This document shows, in pieces, positions 49,553 to 59,155 of a DNA stretch of 64,000 nt; within the stretch, counting starts at the first letter, position 1, and every line of letters begins with the position of its first letter. The translations under genes were made by a program, and so were the position numbers. Under the pieces are notes generated by a model. That model was not told where the DNA came from. It searched no databases and saw only the letters and a list, made by a program, of their open reading frames with translations. The DNA is from Myxococcaceae bacterium (lineage in GTDB: Bacteria > Myxococcota > Myxococcia > Myxococcales > Myxococcaceae). The stretch lies in the NCBI GenBank assembly GCA_035296065.1, contig DATHBR010000035.1:11278-75277 (forward strand), written 5' to 3'.

Positions 49553-51570
49553 GAGTGGATGAAGTCCTCGTAGCGCTGAATGGCCTCGGAGCAGAGGCGG
49601 GCCTCATAGCTGTCCATCATCTCCCTCAGCTTCTGGGGCGAGCTCTCCTGCAGCTCCAGCACGCGCTCGATGGCATCGCGCACGGCGCCCACCTGGTCCA
49701 CGCGGGCGATCTGGGTGAGCTGCTGGAACGGATGCTCATCCAACGCGCCCAGCCCCAGTGGGCCGGTGATGCAGGGCACGCGCAGCGCGAGCCCCTCCAA
49801 CGCCGTCATGGGCTGGCACTCGGACAACGAGGCATTGAGCACCACGTCCACCTTGCGCATGAACTGGAACAGCTCGCCGCGGCCCATGCTCTTGAGGCGG
49901 TGAACGGGCTTGGAGACGAGCTCCAGGCTCTCGGGCTGGCTGAACTGGGCCGTCACGTACACCTGGCCCACGCGCGGGGCCGCCATGCAGGCGTAGAGGT
50001 TGGTGTGGAAGTTCTTCCGCCAGTCATTGGGCGTGGGGATGAGGGCCGCGTCCGACCGGGCGCCCAGGGGCCTCATCATCCGTGCATCCACCCGGGGCGG
50101 GAGGTTGAGCAACGTCTTGGGGGAGATGTGGCTGGACACCAGGTGCATGTCCGGCTTCACGCAGGCCACGCCATTGATGATGCCCCGCGCGCGCAGCTCC
50201 ACCAGGCTGGCGAACGTCTCGTACTCGTGGGGGTAGTGGAACTGGGCCGACGAGCCGTGCCAGACGCCCAGGATGCGCACCGAGCGCTTGAGCGCCTTGC
50301 GCAGCGCCAGAATCAACGCGTGCGCATTGGCCGAGAAGCTGTGGATGACGACGACCGGTGAGCTCGAGTTGGCGCAGAACTCCACGGCCTGGCGCAGCTC
50401 CTCGGTCGAGAGCGGGCGCTCGGCGGTGATGGCCAGCTTGCGCCCGGGAGAGTAGCCCGCGGCCGCACGGATGCCGTACCACTGCTGGTGGAAGACGTGG
50501 AGCACTCCGGCCAGGCTGGGCGCGTGATGCGCCCACGTGATGTCCAGCGGCGCGTTGAAGAGCACGCCCGGCTGCGGTGCCTGCGCGGGGGCGGGCTCGG
50601 ACACCCGCGGGGGCTTCACCGACCGGTTGCGCAGCTCCGCCAGGTCCTCCGCCAGGGCGAACAGCCGTTGGCGGCGCTGGGTGCGCTCGGTCTCCACCTG
50701 GAGCCGCTCCTGCAGCTCATGGACCCGGTCCTCGACGCTGGTGGCCGCGTGCTGCAGGGCGTGCGCGGCCCCGGACGCCCACTTCGACAGCCGCGGCAGC
50801 CCCTGGAGCTTGAGGGCTTCCAGAGTGAGGGGCTGGGACTCGTCGCGCGCCTGCTCCGGCCCCCGCAGCTTGAAGTAGCGGCGGGCCTCGTCCCCATTGC
50901 GCTTGAGGACGTAGATGTCATGGGTGTCGATGAACTGCGCGCCGTGGTGGAGATCCCACCCCGGGGCCATCGCCTCGGCGAAGGACTGCAGCCAGCACCC
51001 CTGGTGCCTGGCGTTCTCCCAGACGCCAAAGGGGACGAGTTGGTTCTCCACCAGGCACATGAGCCCTTCGGGCCGTACCAACCGGCCCAGGTTCTCCATC
51101 ACCCGGGAGATGCTGTCCGAGGGGTTGTGGATCAGCACGGACACCGTGAACACCAGGTCGAACCGGCGGGAGCCCAGGGTGGTGAGCGGGTCATCGCCGA
51201 CGAACAGCCGCTCGTCCAACGGGCTCATGCCCGCCGGAGGCGCCTGCCGCAGGGGCGCCACCATGGGCTCGGACATGTCGAACCCGTGGTAGCGCACCCC
51301 CTCCAGCCCCGCGAGGTAGGAGGCATGGCGGCCAAAGCCACAGCCGAACTCGAGCACGTCCAACGGGCGGCCCAGACGCCGCTGCTCGGCCTGGATGAGC
51401 GCGGTGAGAAACTGCTCCTGCTGGCCGTAGGCGCGGTTGCCCTGTCCCATCCGGGTGCGGCTCATCTCCTGATAGACGGAGCCATCGAGGCTCTTCCAGT
51501 AGTGGAGGCTGCCGGGCTCCGGCGGGGGTTCCGATGACGACGTGACGGAGGGAATGATGGGTTCGCTCAT
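49549..51570 (-). CDS. Class I SAM-dependent methyltransferase fused to glycosyltransferase-like C-terminal domain
   Basis: VLEFGCGFGRHASYL SAM motif. The C-terminal half has a GT1/GT4-like fold. 4-nt overlap with the downstream GT. Confidence 0.8.
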   Translation of the reverse strand: MSEPIIPSVTSSSEPPPEPGSLHYWKSLDGSVYQEMSRTRMGQGNRAYGQQEQFLTALIQAEQRRLGRPLDVLEFGCGFGRHASYLAGLEGVRYHGFDMSEPMVAPLRQAPPAGMSPLDERLFVGDDPLTTLGSRRFDLVFTVSVLIHNPSDSISRVMENLGRLVRPEGLMCLVENQLVPFGVWENARHQGCWLQSFAEAMAPGWDLHHGAQFIDTHDIYVLKRNGDEARRYFKLRGPEQARDESQPLTLEALKLQGLPRLSKWASGAAHALQHAATSVEDRVHELQERLQVETERTQRRQRLFALAEDLAELRNRSVKPPRVSEPAPAQAPQPGVLFNAPLDITWAHHAPSLAGVLHVFHQQWYGIRAAAGYSPGRKLAITAERPLSTEELRQAVEFCANSSSPVVVIHSFSANAHALILALRKALKRSVRILGVWHGSSAQFHYPHEYETFASLVELRARGIINGVACVKPDMHLVSSHISPKTLLNLPPRVDARMMRPLGARSDAALIPTPNDWRKNFHTNLYACMAAPRVGQVYVTAQFSQPESLELVSKPVHRLKSMGRGELFQFMRKVDVVLNASLSECQPMTALEGLALRVPCITGPLGLGALDEHPFQQLTQIARVDQVGAVRDAIERVLELQESSPQKLREMMDSYEARLCSEAIQRYEDFIHS

Positions 51571-51709
51571 GCTCGGCTCGCTGGACCTTACGAACGCCCT
51601 GGATACACACCCCCCTGGGCGGCCCATGGCGCGGCCTATATACCGCATTCCTTGCTAGAGGGAGAGGCAGCCGCCAGGCTTGGGCCCTCGGTTGCCTGCT
51701 CCCTCTGCG

Positions 51710-51735
51710 CGCCTGCCGTTTCAGGCAGCTGCCCT
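51710..51735. terminator. Hairpin (CTGCC-N-GGCAG) immediately downstream of the minus-strand peptidase gene
   Basis: Short inverted repeat. Weak evidence. Confidence 0.3.
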
Positions 51736-51738
51736 GGC

Positions 51739-52980
51739 CTACTTGTGGCCGTACTTGCGCATCGCCTCCTGAAGCCGGTCGTGCGGCAGGGCGAAGACGC
51801 GAATGCCGTCGGCTCCCGTCATCGTGTCCGCGGCGAGCATGGAGTTGAGGATGGCCTCCTGCGTGGCCTGCACCGTGGCCTCGAAGAGCGGCGTGATGTG
51901 ATCATTGGACAGCATGGACACGTTGGCCACCTTGCTCTCGCCGGCCGACTGGGTGGGCTGCGTCGAGAAGGCCAGGAAGATGTCGCCCGAGGAGTCCTCC
52001 CCCAACCCGCCCATCTTGCCAATGCCCAGCGGAACGCGCCGGGCCAGCCGGCCCAGCTGGTGCGAGAGCAGCGGCGCGTCCGTGGCCACCACGACGATGA
52101 TCGAGCCCATGCCCTCGGGGAAGGAGGGCAGCGAGGCCCCCTTCGGCGTGCACGCGCTTATCCGCTTGATGAGCGGATTGGACGGGGGCTGATCCCGCGT
52201 GGTGCACGACTGCAGATCGGTGATCTCCTTGCCCACCGGAACCCCCGCCACGCTGAGCAGCCTGCGCTGGCCGTAGTTGCACTGCACCAGCACGCCCACC
52301 GTGTAGCCCCCGTGTGCCTCTGACAGCTTGCGCGAGGCCGTGCCGATGCCACCCTTGAAGCCGTGGCAGAGCATCCCCGTGCCTCCGCCTACCGAGCCCT
52401 CCGCCACCGGGCCCCCGCTGGCGCCATCCAGCGCACGGAAGACGTGCTCGGCCTTCACGTGGAAGCCCTCCACGTCGTTCAGGATGCCGTCGTAGGTCTC
52501 CGCCACCACCGGCAGGCCCAGCTCCCACGCCCGGTTGCGCTTCGAGGCCCAGGCGATCACCGCCTGGTGCACCGTGCCCACGCTGAACGTGTTGGTGAGC
52601 AGCAACGGGCCGTGGAGCAGCCCGGACTCGTTCACCCAGTGCGCGCCTGTCATCTCTCCGTTGCCGTTGAGCGCGTACGTCGCCGCGAAGACAGGCGCCG
52701 TGCCCGCCTTGCCCCGGGGCCAGAGGGCCGTCACGCCGGTGCGCACCGGCCCCTTGCCCTTCACCAACTGCCCCTCGCCTCCGGAGATCAGCGTGGTGTG
52801 GCCCACCTCGATGCCTGGCACGTCCGTGATGGCATCCAGCGGTCCGGGCTGCCCACCCAGGGCAATGCCCAGCTCCCGGGCCCGGGGCTTCGCGGGAGTT
52901 GGCTGAGCCGCGCTGCCCTGGGGCAGCACCAGGAGGCAGAGCACGGCGAACGGAAGGAGCATCGGCTGGCGTGAAGTCAT
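51739..52980 (-). CDS. P1/S58 family peptidase (DmpA / L-aminopeptidase D-Ala-esterase-like), secreted
   Basis: Signal peptide, then GGGTGMLCHGFKGGIGTAS with the self-processing nucleophile region. Confidence 0.85.
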   Translation of the reverse strand: MTSRQPMLLPFAVLCLLVLPQGSAAQPTPAKPRARELGIALGGQPGPLDAITDVPGIEVGHTTLISGGEGQLVKGKGPVRTGVTALWPRGKAGTAPVFAATYALNGNGEMTGAHWVNESGLLHGPLLLTNTFSVGTVHQAVIAWASKRNRAWELGLPVVAETYDGILNDVEGFHVKAEHVFRALDGASGGPVAEGSVGGGTGMLCHGFKGGIGTASRKLSEAHGGYTVGVLVQCNYGQRRLLSVAGVPVGKEITDLQSCTTRDQPPSNPLIKRISACTPKGASLPSFPEGMGSIIVVVATDAPLLSHQLGRLARRVPLGIGKMGGLGEDSSGDIFLAFSTQPTQSAGESKVANVSMLSNDHITPLFEATVQATQEAILNSMLAADTMTGADGIRVFALPHDRLQEAMRKYGHK

Positions 52981-53037
52981 GGCCGCGCCTCCTAACACGC
53001 CTCGCGGCCAGGCGCGGTGCTAGGGTGCGCGCCCCAT

Positions 53038-54396
53038 ATGCTCCCCGAGCCGATCCGCAAAGCCATCTTCTGGGCCAGTGACGTCGTGTGGGGTCCGTGG
53101 ACCCTGGCCCTGCTCCTGGGCACTGGCTTGTACCTCACCCTGCGCTACCGCTTCGTGCAGGTGACGCGCTTCCCCGAGGCCGCGCGCACCCTCATCCCCG
53201 CGCAGCAGGAGGGCGCGCGCGGAGCGCTGTCTCCCTTCCAGGCCTTCATGACGGCGTTGGGCGCCTCCATCGGCACCGGCAACATCGCCGGCGTGGCCAC
53301 CGCCGTGGTGTCCGGCGGCCCCGGCGCGGTGTTCTGGATCTGGTGCTACGGCTTCTTCGCCACCGTCATCAAGCTCACCGAGGCCGTGCTGGGCATCCGC
53401 TACCGGCAGATCAAGGACGGGCACCTGTCGGCTGGGCCCATGCACTACCTGCGCGACGGGCTGCGCTCGCCCACCCTGGCGTGGATCTACGCGCTGGTGG
53501 CGGGGATCGCCGCCCTCACCACCACCCCCTTCACTCAGCCCAACTCCATCGCGGTGGTGCTCAAGAGCCAGTTCCAGATTCCCACCTGGGCCTCGGGCAT
53601 CGGCATCGCCGTGCTGGCCTGGCTCGTCATCATCGGCGGGGTGCGCTCCATCGGCCGGGTGGCCGAGAAGCTCGCTCCGCTGAAGGTCGGCCTCTATCTG
53701 GTGGGCGGCCTGTGGGTCATCCTCTTCCACGCGGGCGAGGTGCCCGGCGTCTTCGCCCTCATCTTCCGCGAGGCCTTCTCCATGGAGGCGGCCGGAGGCG
53801 GCGCGGCGGGCGTGGGCATCATGGTCGCCATGCGCTACGGCATCGCGCGCGGCATCTACGCCAACGAGGCCGGGTACGGCACGGCGGCGGTCGCCTACGG
53901 CACCGCGCGCAGCGAGCAGCCCATGCAGCAGGGGCTCAACGCCGTGATGGAGGTGTTCATCGTCTCCTTCGTCACCTCGTCGATCAGCGCGCTCACCATC
54001 CTGGTGAGCGGCGTGTGGCGCTCGGGAGAGACGAGCACGGCGCTGGTGGCCACCGCCTTCAACACCGCGCTGCCCACGGTGGGCGGCTGGGTGGTGGCCT
54101 TCTGCTCGTTCCTGTTCGGCTACACCACGCTCATCGGCTGGGCGTACTACGGCGAGCAGTTCCTCGAGTACGTGGTGGGCGTAAAGGTCACCAAGCCGTA
54201 CCGCTGGGTGTACTGCGGCCTCATCTACTTCGGCGCCGTGGGCAAGCCCGAGACGGTGTGGGCGTGGGGCGATCTGATGAACGGCCTGCAGATCTTCCCC
54301 AACCTGGTGGGCATCATCGGCCTGTCCGGAGCGGTGGCCGCCATGCTGCGCGAGCGCAAGGCGTCACCGCCCGCGCCTCCCACGGCGCCGGGCTGA
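53038..54396 (+). CDS. Alanine/glycine:cation symporter (AGCS family)
   Basis: GALSPFQAFMTALGASIGTGNIAGVATA signature. ~11 TM helices. Confidence 0.9.
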   Translation: MLPEPIRKAIFWASDVVWGPWTLALLLGTGLYLTLRYRFVQVTRFPEAARTLIPAQQEGARGALSPFQAFMTALGASIGTGNIAGVATAVVSGGPGAVFWIWCYGFFATVIKLTEAVLGIRYRQIKDGHLSAGPMHYLRDGLRSPTLAWIYALVAGIAALTTTPFTQPNSIAVVLKSQFQIPTWASGIGIAVLAWLVIIGGVRSIGRVAEKLAPLKVGLYLVGGLWVILFHAGEVPGVFALIFREAFSMEAAGGGAAGVGIMVAMRYGIARGIYANEAGYGTAAVAYGTARSEQPMQQGLNAVMEVFIVSFVTSSISALTILVSGVWRSGETSTALVATAFNTALPTVGGWVVAFCSFLFGYTTLIGWAYYGEQFLEYVVGVKVTKPYRWVYCGLIYFGAVGKPETVWAWGDLMNGLQIFPNLVGIIGLSGAVAAMLRERKASPPAPPTAPG

Positions 54397-54400
54397 GGGC

Positions 54401-55735
54401 TCAAGCCTGGGGGCCTGGCACCACCGGGCCCTCGTAGCGCAGGGGCACTCCGTCCTCCGGGGCCAGGGTGACGTTGCGGCGCACGGGCTTGATGGGCCGA
54501 TCATGCGCCAGCGAGAAGCGGTGGGCCGCCAGCAGCGTGCCCAGCACCACCTTCATCTCGTAGAGCGCGAAGGCCGCGCCCAGGCACCGCCGGGCGCCAC
54601 CGCCAAAGGGCAGGTACTCGAAGGGCGAGTACTTGCGCTCCAGGAAGCGCTCGGGCCGGAAGCGCTCCGGCTCCGGGAAGGTGGTGGGGTTGTGGTGGGC
54701 CAGGGTGATGGCCGCCATCACCCCCATGCCCTCGGGCAGCGGGTGCCCGCGCACCGTGAGCGGCGCGCGCAGCTTGCGCGTGACGAGCCCCACCACCGGG
54801 TACAGCCGCAGCGTCTCGTCGCACACCGCCGACAGGTAGGGCAGCTTCGCCAACGCCTCGGGCTCGGGCCGGGGCCCCAGCGTGCTCAGCTCCTGCTCCA
54901 GCCGCTGCTTCGCCTCTGGTGTGCGCAAAAGCCAGTACAGCGCCCACGCCATGCCGATGGCCGTCGTCTCGTGGCCCGCGATGAGCATCGTCAGCAGCTC
55001 GTCCTTCAGCTCGCGCTCGGACAGCGGCTGGCCCTCCTCGTCCCGCACGGACAGCAGCAGGGTGAGGATGTCCTCCCCTCCCCGGCCGTCCGCGCGTCGG
55101 CGGGCGAGCTGCTCGTTCAGCAGCGCATCGAGCGCCTGGGAGTGCCGCTCGAAGCGGGCCCACGGCCCGATGCCGCCAAACGAGCGCCGCAGCGGCACCA
55201 GCAGCATGAGCAGCGGGGTGTACGCGTCGGCATAGACCCCGATCGCCTCCATGAAGCGCCGCACCCGCTCTGGCTCCTCCACGCCGAACACGGCGCGGAT
55301 GATGATCTCCAGGGACATGGCCTGCGTCCGCTGCAGCGCCACCAGCGGCTCGCCCACGCGCAGCCCCTGCACGGCCTCCAGGGCGGCCTGCTGCATCAGC
55401 GTGCCGTAGGCGCGCATCCGCTCGCCATGGAACGACGGCATGAGCAGCCGGCGCTCGCGCTTGTGCCGCTCTCCGGAGAGCAGCAGCATGGAGTTGGCGC
55501 CCACCACCGGCTCGAGCACCACGCGCGACAGCGGCTCGAAGATGGACGGGTCCGCGGAGAAGATCTCCCGGATGCCGTCCGGCTCCCCGGTGGCCACGAT
55601 GGTGCCCATGGGCAGCTTGGCGATGAAGGGATCTCCGTAGCGCTGGGAGTTCTCGCGAAAGAACACCGCGGGGCTCTTCATGAAGCTCAGCGTCTGCAGC
55701 GGAGAGAAGCGCGGTCCTCGAAGTGGCTCGGGCAT
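54401..55735 (-). CDS. Cytochrome P450
   Basis: FGGGARRCLGAAFA heme loop. AGHETT I-helix. Confidence 0.9.
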   Translation of the reverse strand: MPEPLRGPRFSPLQTLSFMKSPAVFFRENSQRYGDPFIAKLPMGTIVATGEPDGIREIFSADPSIFEPLSRVVLEPVVGANSMLLLSGERHKRERRLLMPSFHGERMRAYGTLMQQAALEAVQGLRVGEPLVALQRTQAMSLEIIIRAVFGVEEPERVRRFMEAIGVYADAYTPLLMLLVPLRRSFGGIGPWARFERHSQALDALLNEQLARRRADGRGGEDILTLLLSVRDEEGQPLSERELKDELLTMLIAGHETTAIGMAWALYWLLRTPEAKQRLEQELSTLGPRPEPEALAKLPYLSAVCDETLRLYPVVGLVTRKLRAPLTVRGHPLPEGMGVMAAITLAHHNPTTFPEPERFRPERFLERKYSPFEYLPFGGGARRCLGAAFALYEMKVVLGTLLAAHRFSLAHDRPIKPVRRNVTLAPEDGVPLRYEGPVVPGPQA

Positions 55736-55825
55736 GAAGCTCCTTGGCCAGGGAGAATATCCTCGCCCGGGAAGGCGGGTAACCCGAGAATGGGTTCATC
55801 CGTAGTAGCTCGTGGAGGTAGCGCC

Positions 55826-56518
55826 ATGAAGCCCGCCCTGTCCCAGAATGGATCGCCCGCCCGGCTGCTGCCCCTGGATGCCCAGGCTCCCACGGGGGTG
55901 GAGACGGCCACCTTCGCGTTGGGTTGATTCTGGGGCCCTGACGCCCGGTTCGGGTGTCTACCTGGAGTTATCCGCACCCGCGTGGGCTACACCGGCGGCA
56001 CGCTGCCGGATCCCACGTATGAGCACCTGGGAGATCACACCGAGTCCTTGCAGATCGACTTCGATCCCCAGCGCATCTCCTACGCGGAGCTGCTGAAGCT
56101 CTTCTGGGAGGATCATGATCCCAGCGAGCAGCCCTACAACGTCCAGTACATGTCCGCGGTGTTCTACGCGGACACGACGCAGTGGGCGCAGGCGCTCGAG
56201 ACGGGCAAGCAGCGCCTGGCGGGCAAGACGGTGACGTTGCGCACGCCGATCCGGCCGCTGGCCACCTTCTACCGGGCCGAGGACTACCACCAGAAGTACT
56301 ACCTGCGCCGGTACTCGAATCTGATGAGCGAGTTCGAAGGCTACGGCGAGCAGTCCTTCACGGACTCCACCGTCGCGGCGCGGCTCAACGGGTACGTGGG
56401 CGGCTACCGCCCGGTGGAGTCGCTGGCGGCGGAGCTCGAGCCGCTCGGGCTGTCCGAGCGGGGCCGCAAGCAGCTCCTCTCCCTGGTGACGGAGACCCTG
56501 GCGCGGCGCCGGTACTAA
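55826..56518 (+). CDS. msrA: Peptide methionine sulfoxide reductase MsrA, probable selenoprotein (in-frame TGA at 55925-55927 at the catalytic Cys position)
   Basis: The frame reads ATFALG-TGA-FWGPDARFGCLPGVIRTRVGYTGG..., matching the MsrA consensus AtFAgGCFWG...pGV...vGYTGG. GGAGGT RBS 7 nt before the ATG at 55826. A hairpin at 55940-55958 lies 12 nt after the TGA. Conventional calling gives only 55982-56518 (GTG start), which lacks the catalytic motif. Confidence 0.6.
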
Positions 56519-56523
56519 AGCCT

Positions 56524-57552
56524 TTAGCGCACCGCGCGCGCCAGCTCGCGGCCTCCCAGCAGCACGCTGCCCACCAGCCCCAGCCCCGCGGCGAGCACTC
56601 CGGCCGTCATGCCCGCGCGCACCCAGCGCGGCGTGGGCGGCACGCTGCCGTACTGGCCCACGCCCTCGGGCGTGGAGTGGAACAGGTTGCCGTCCGGCCG
56701 GGAGATGGGCTCGGGGCGCTGCTGCATGGGCACACCCCAGCGGGCCATGATGGCGTTGCCCACGAAGGGCACCACCGTGTCGGCGAACAGCATCAGCCAG
56801 CCCTGGAGGAACACCGGCACGCGCGTGCGCCCCGGGTACAGCGCGCACCGCACCACGCAGCGCGCGGCCACGTCCGGCTCGTAGACCGGAGGCAGGGGCT
56901 TCGGCGCCCGCACCAGCTGCGTGGGCGCGTGATCGAACATTGGCGTGGACACGCTGGGCACCAGGACGCCCGACACCTGGATGCCCGAGCCCTTCAGCTC
57001 CAGCGTGAGGCTCTTCTGCCAACCCAGCAGCGCGTGCTTGGCCGCGGCGTAGACGGACAGCAGCGGCGCGGCGCCCTTGGACAGCATGGACAGGACGTTG
57101 ATGATGTGGCCGCCACGCTGGCTGCGAAAGTGCGGCAGCACCGCGCGGGCAAAGCGCATGTAGCCGAAGCACGTCACATCGAAGGTGCGGGTGATGTGCT
57201 CCCAGGGCAGCTCCTCGAAGAGGCCATAGGACTGCACCGCCGCGTCATTGACGAGGATGTCCACCCGGCCATAGCGCTCGACGCACTGGCGCACGACGTT
57301 GTCCACGTCCTCCTGCTCGGACACGTCTCCGGCCACCACGAGACACTCGGCGCCCCGGGCCTCCAGCAACTGACGCAACTCCTCGAGCGCCTCGTGACGC
57401 CGCGCCGTCACGCACAGGCGCACGCCCTGCTCCGCCAGCCGGACCGCGCACTGCCAGCCCACCCCGCTGGATGCCCCCGTCACGATGGCCACCTGTCCGC
57501 GCAGTTCTTGCTTTCCCACGTTGGCTCCTTTGAGCCCTCCAAGGCTGGGCAT
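56524..57552 (-). CDS. SDR family oxidoreductase with C-terminal membrane-associated extension
   Basis: VTGASSGVG, NDAAV and YAAAKHA motifs. Confidence 0.8.
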   Translation of the reverse strand: MPSLGGLKGANVGKQELRGQVAIVTGASSGVGWQCAVRLAEQGVRLCVTARRHEALEELRQLLEARGAECLVVAGDVSEQEDVDNVVRQCVERYGRVDILVNDAAVQSYGLFEELPWEHITRTFDVTCFGYMRFARAVLPHFRSQRGGHIINVLSMLSKGAAPLLSVYAAAKHALLGWQKSLTLELKGSGIQVSGVLVPSVSTPMFDHAPTQLVRAPKPLPPVYEPDVAARCVVRCALYPGRTRVPVFLQGWLMLFADTVVPFVGNAIMARWGVPMQQRPEPISRPDGNLFHSTPEGVGQYGSVPPTPRWVRAGMTAGVLAAGLGLVGSVLLGGRELARAVR

Positions 57553-57681
57553 TCCCGCCTTCCCGGCCCACTGGAGCACGCTCTCCTGCCTGCTCAGGGG
57601 GCAGGCCCATCACAGGTTCCCGGGCCTTGCCTCCATCCATATGCAGTTTCACGAACAGCGGCCTCACCAAGGCGGGTGTGA

Positions 57682-58128
57682 ATGAGTCGACTTCCAGATG
57701 AGCTGAGTCGCGGAGCACGGGCGGGAGCCCTGGGGGCACTGGCCGTGGCGGCAGCGGCGGCGCTGCGCAACCGGCTGCTGGGGAGGCTTCCCCCCTACTC
57801 GTCCCAGCGCTTCGTCTCGCGCCTGGCCCGGCACGCGGGCTGGAGGCTCTCGCCGGGCGGCGCGCGCGTGGCCGGAGCCCTGTTCCGCCTGGCCTACGGC
57901 ACGACACTGGGCGTGCTGTTCGCGCGGCTCGGCGGTCCACTGGCCGGGCGGGGGCCTGGCGCCACGGGCGTGGTGCTGGGCGCCTCGGTGCTGCTGCTGG
58001 AGCGCCTGTCCTTTCCCCGGCTGGGTGTTACTCCGCCCGCCCGGCGCTGGACCCGGGCCGAGCGGGCGCTGCTCACCGCCCAGACGGCGCTCTATGGCCA
58101 GGTCGTCGCCCGTGCCTATGCGTCGTGA
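57682..58128 (+). CDS. Hypothetical membrane protein
   Basis: 148 aa, A/L/G-rich with hydrophobic segments. The opposite-strand ORF looks like a shadow. Confidence 0.4.
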   Translation: MSRLPDELSRGARAGALGALAVAAAAALRNRLLGRLPPYSSQRFVSRLARHAGWRLSPGGARVAGALFRLAYGTTLGVLFARLGGPLAGRGPGATGVVLGASVLLLERLSFPRLGVTPPARRWTRAERALLTAQTALYGQVVARAYAS

Positions 58129-58165
58129 GCCAGCCACCCGCCATCTCGGGTAGGCTTGCGGGCAC

Positions 58166-59011
58166 ATGAACCACACGCAAGATGCATTCGAGGGTGCCGG
58201 TGGCCTGAAGCTGTGCTCCCAGAGCTGGCGGCCCGAGGGCACTGCCCAGGCGGTGCTGGCCATCGTCCACGGCTTCGGAGAGCACAGCGGCCGGTACACG
58301 AATGTGGTGCGGCACTTCGTCCCGCGCGGCTACGCGGTCCACGGCTTCGACTTGCGAGGCCACGGGCGCTCTCCGGGCCAGCGTGGCCACATCAACTCGT
58401 GGGCCGAGTACCGCGAGGACGTGAAGGCCTTCCTCGGCCACGTGGCCAGGCAGGAGCCCGGCCGGCCCGTGTTCCTGCTGGGCCACAGCCTGGGCTCGAT
58501 CATCGCGCTGGACTACGCGCTGCACCACCCGCTGGGGCTCAGCGGGCTGATCCTCAGCGGGCTGGCGGTGGATCCGGTGGGCGCGGCCACGCCGCTGCTG
58601 GTGGCCACCGCGCGGCTCATGTCTCGCATCTGGCCCACCCTGTCCATGGCGGTGAAGCTGGACAAGGCGGCGCTGTCGCGCATCCCCGAGGTGGTGTCCG
58701 AGTACATCGCGGATCCGCTGGTGCACGGCCTGGGCTCGGCGCGCTGGGGCACCGAGTGTCTGGATGCCATCGCCTGGTGCAAGGCCCACGCCTCGCGGCT
58801 GCAGCTGCCGCTGCTGGTGGTGCACGGAGACTCGGACCGCATCAACACCGCCGCGGGAGCGCGCCTGGTGTTCGAGGCGGCCCGCTCCCAGGACAAGCGC
58901 CTGGTGCTGGTGCCCGGAGGCCACCACGAGCCTCACAATGATCTCGGTCGCGAGCAGACCTTCCAGGCGTTGGAGGAGTACCTGGGCAAGCGGCTGTCCG
59001 CCGCGGCCTGA
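58166..59011 (+). CDS. Alpha/beta hydrolase (lysophospholipase / monoacylglycerol lipase-like)
   Basis: HGFGEHSGRY and GHSLGS nucleophile elbow. 281 aa. Confidence 0.85.
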   Translation: MNHTQDAFEGAGGLKLCSQSWRPEGTAQAVLAIVHGFGEHSGRYTNVVRHFVPRGYAVHGFDLRGHGRSPGQRGHINSWAEYREDVKAFLGHVARQEPGRPVFLLGHSLGSIIALDYALHHPLGLSGLILSGLAVDPVGAATPLLVATARLMSRIWPTLSMAVKLDKAALSRIPEVVSEYIADPLVHGLGSARWGTECLDAIAWCKAHASRLQLPLLVVHGDSDRINTAAGARLVFEAARSQDKRLVLVPGGHHEPHNDLGREQTFQALEEYLGKRLSAAA

Positions 59012-59084
59012 CGACGCCCACCCTCGCGGCGCAGACCCGGGTTCAGCTCGACAGGTTGTAACCGCGCTCGCCCACGGGGCCCCC

Positions 59085-59113
59085 AGAAACGACGACACCC
59101 GGACCGATGAGGC
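59085..59113. terminator. Convergent-gene terminator hairpin (9-bp stem GACACCCGG/CCGGGTGTC)
   Basis: Perfect inverted repeat between the 3' ends of 58166-59011 (+) and 59156-59725 (-). Confidence 0.55.
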
Positions 59114-59155
59114 CCGGGTGTCAGGGACTTCAGAGCGCTGTGAGCGCCAGCGTGC

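Noticed and set aside
57664-58299. 211-aa minus-strand ORF
   Set aside because: It is antisense to the more protein-like 57682-58128 ORF and overlaps the start of the alpha/beta hydrolase. Shadow-like composition.
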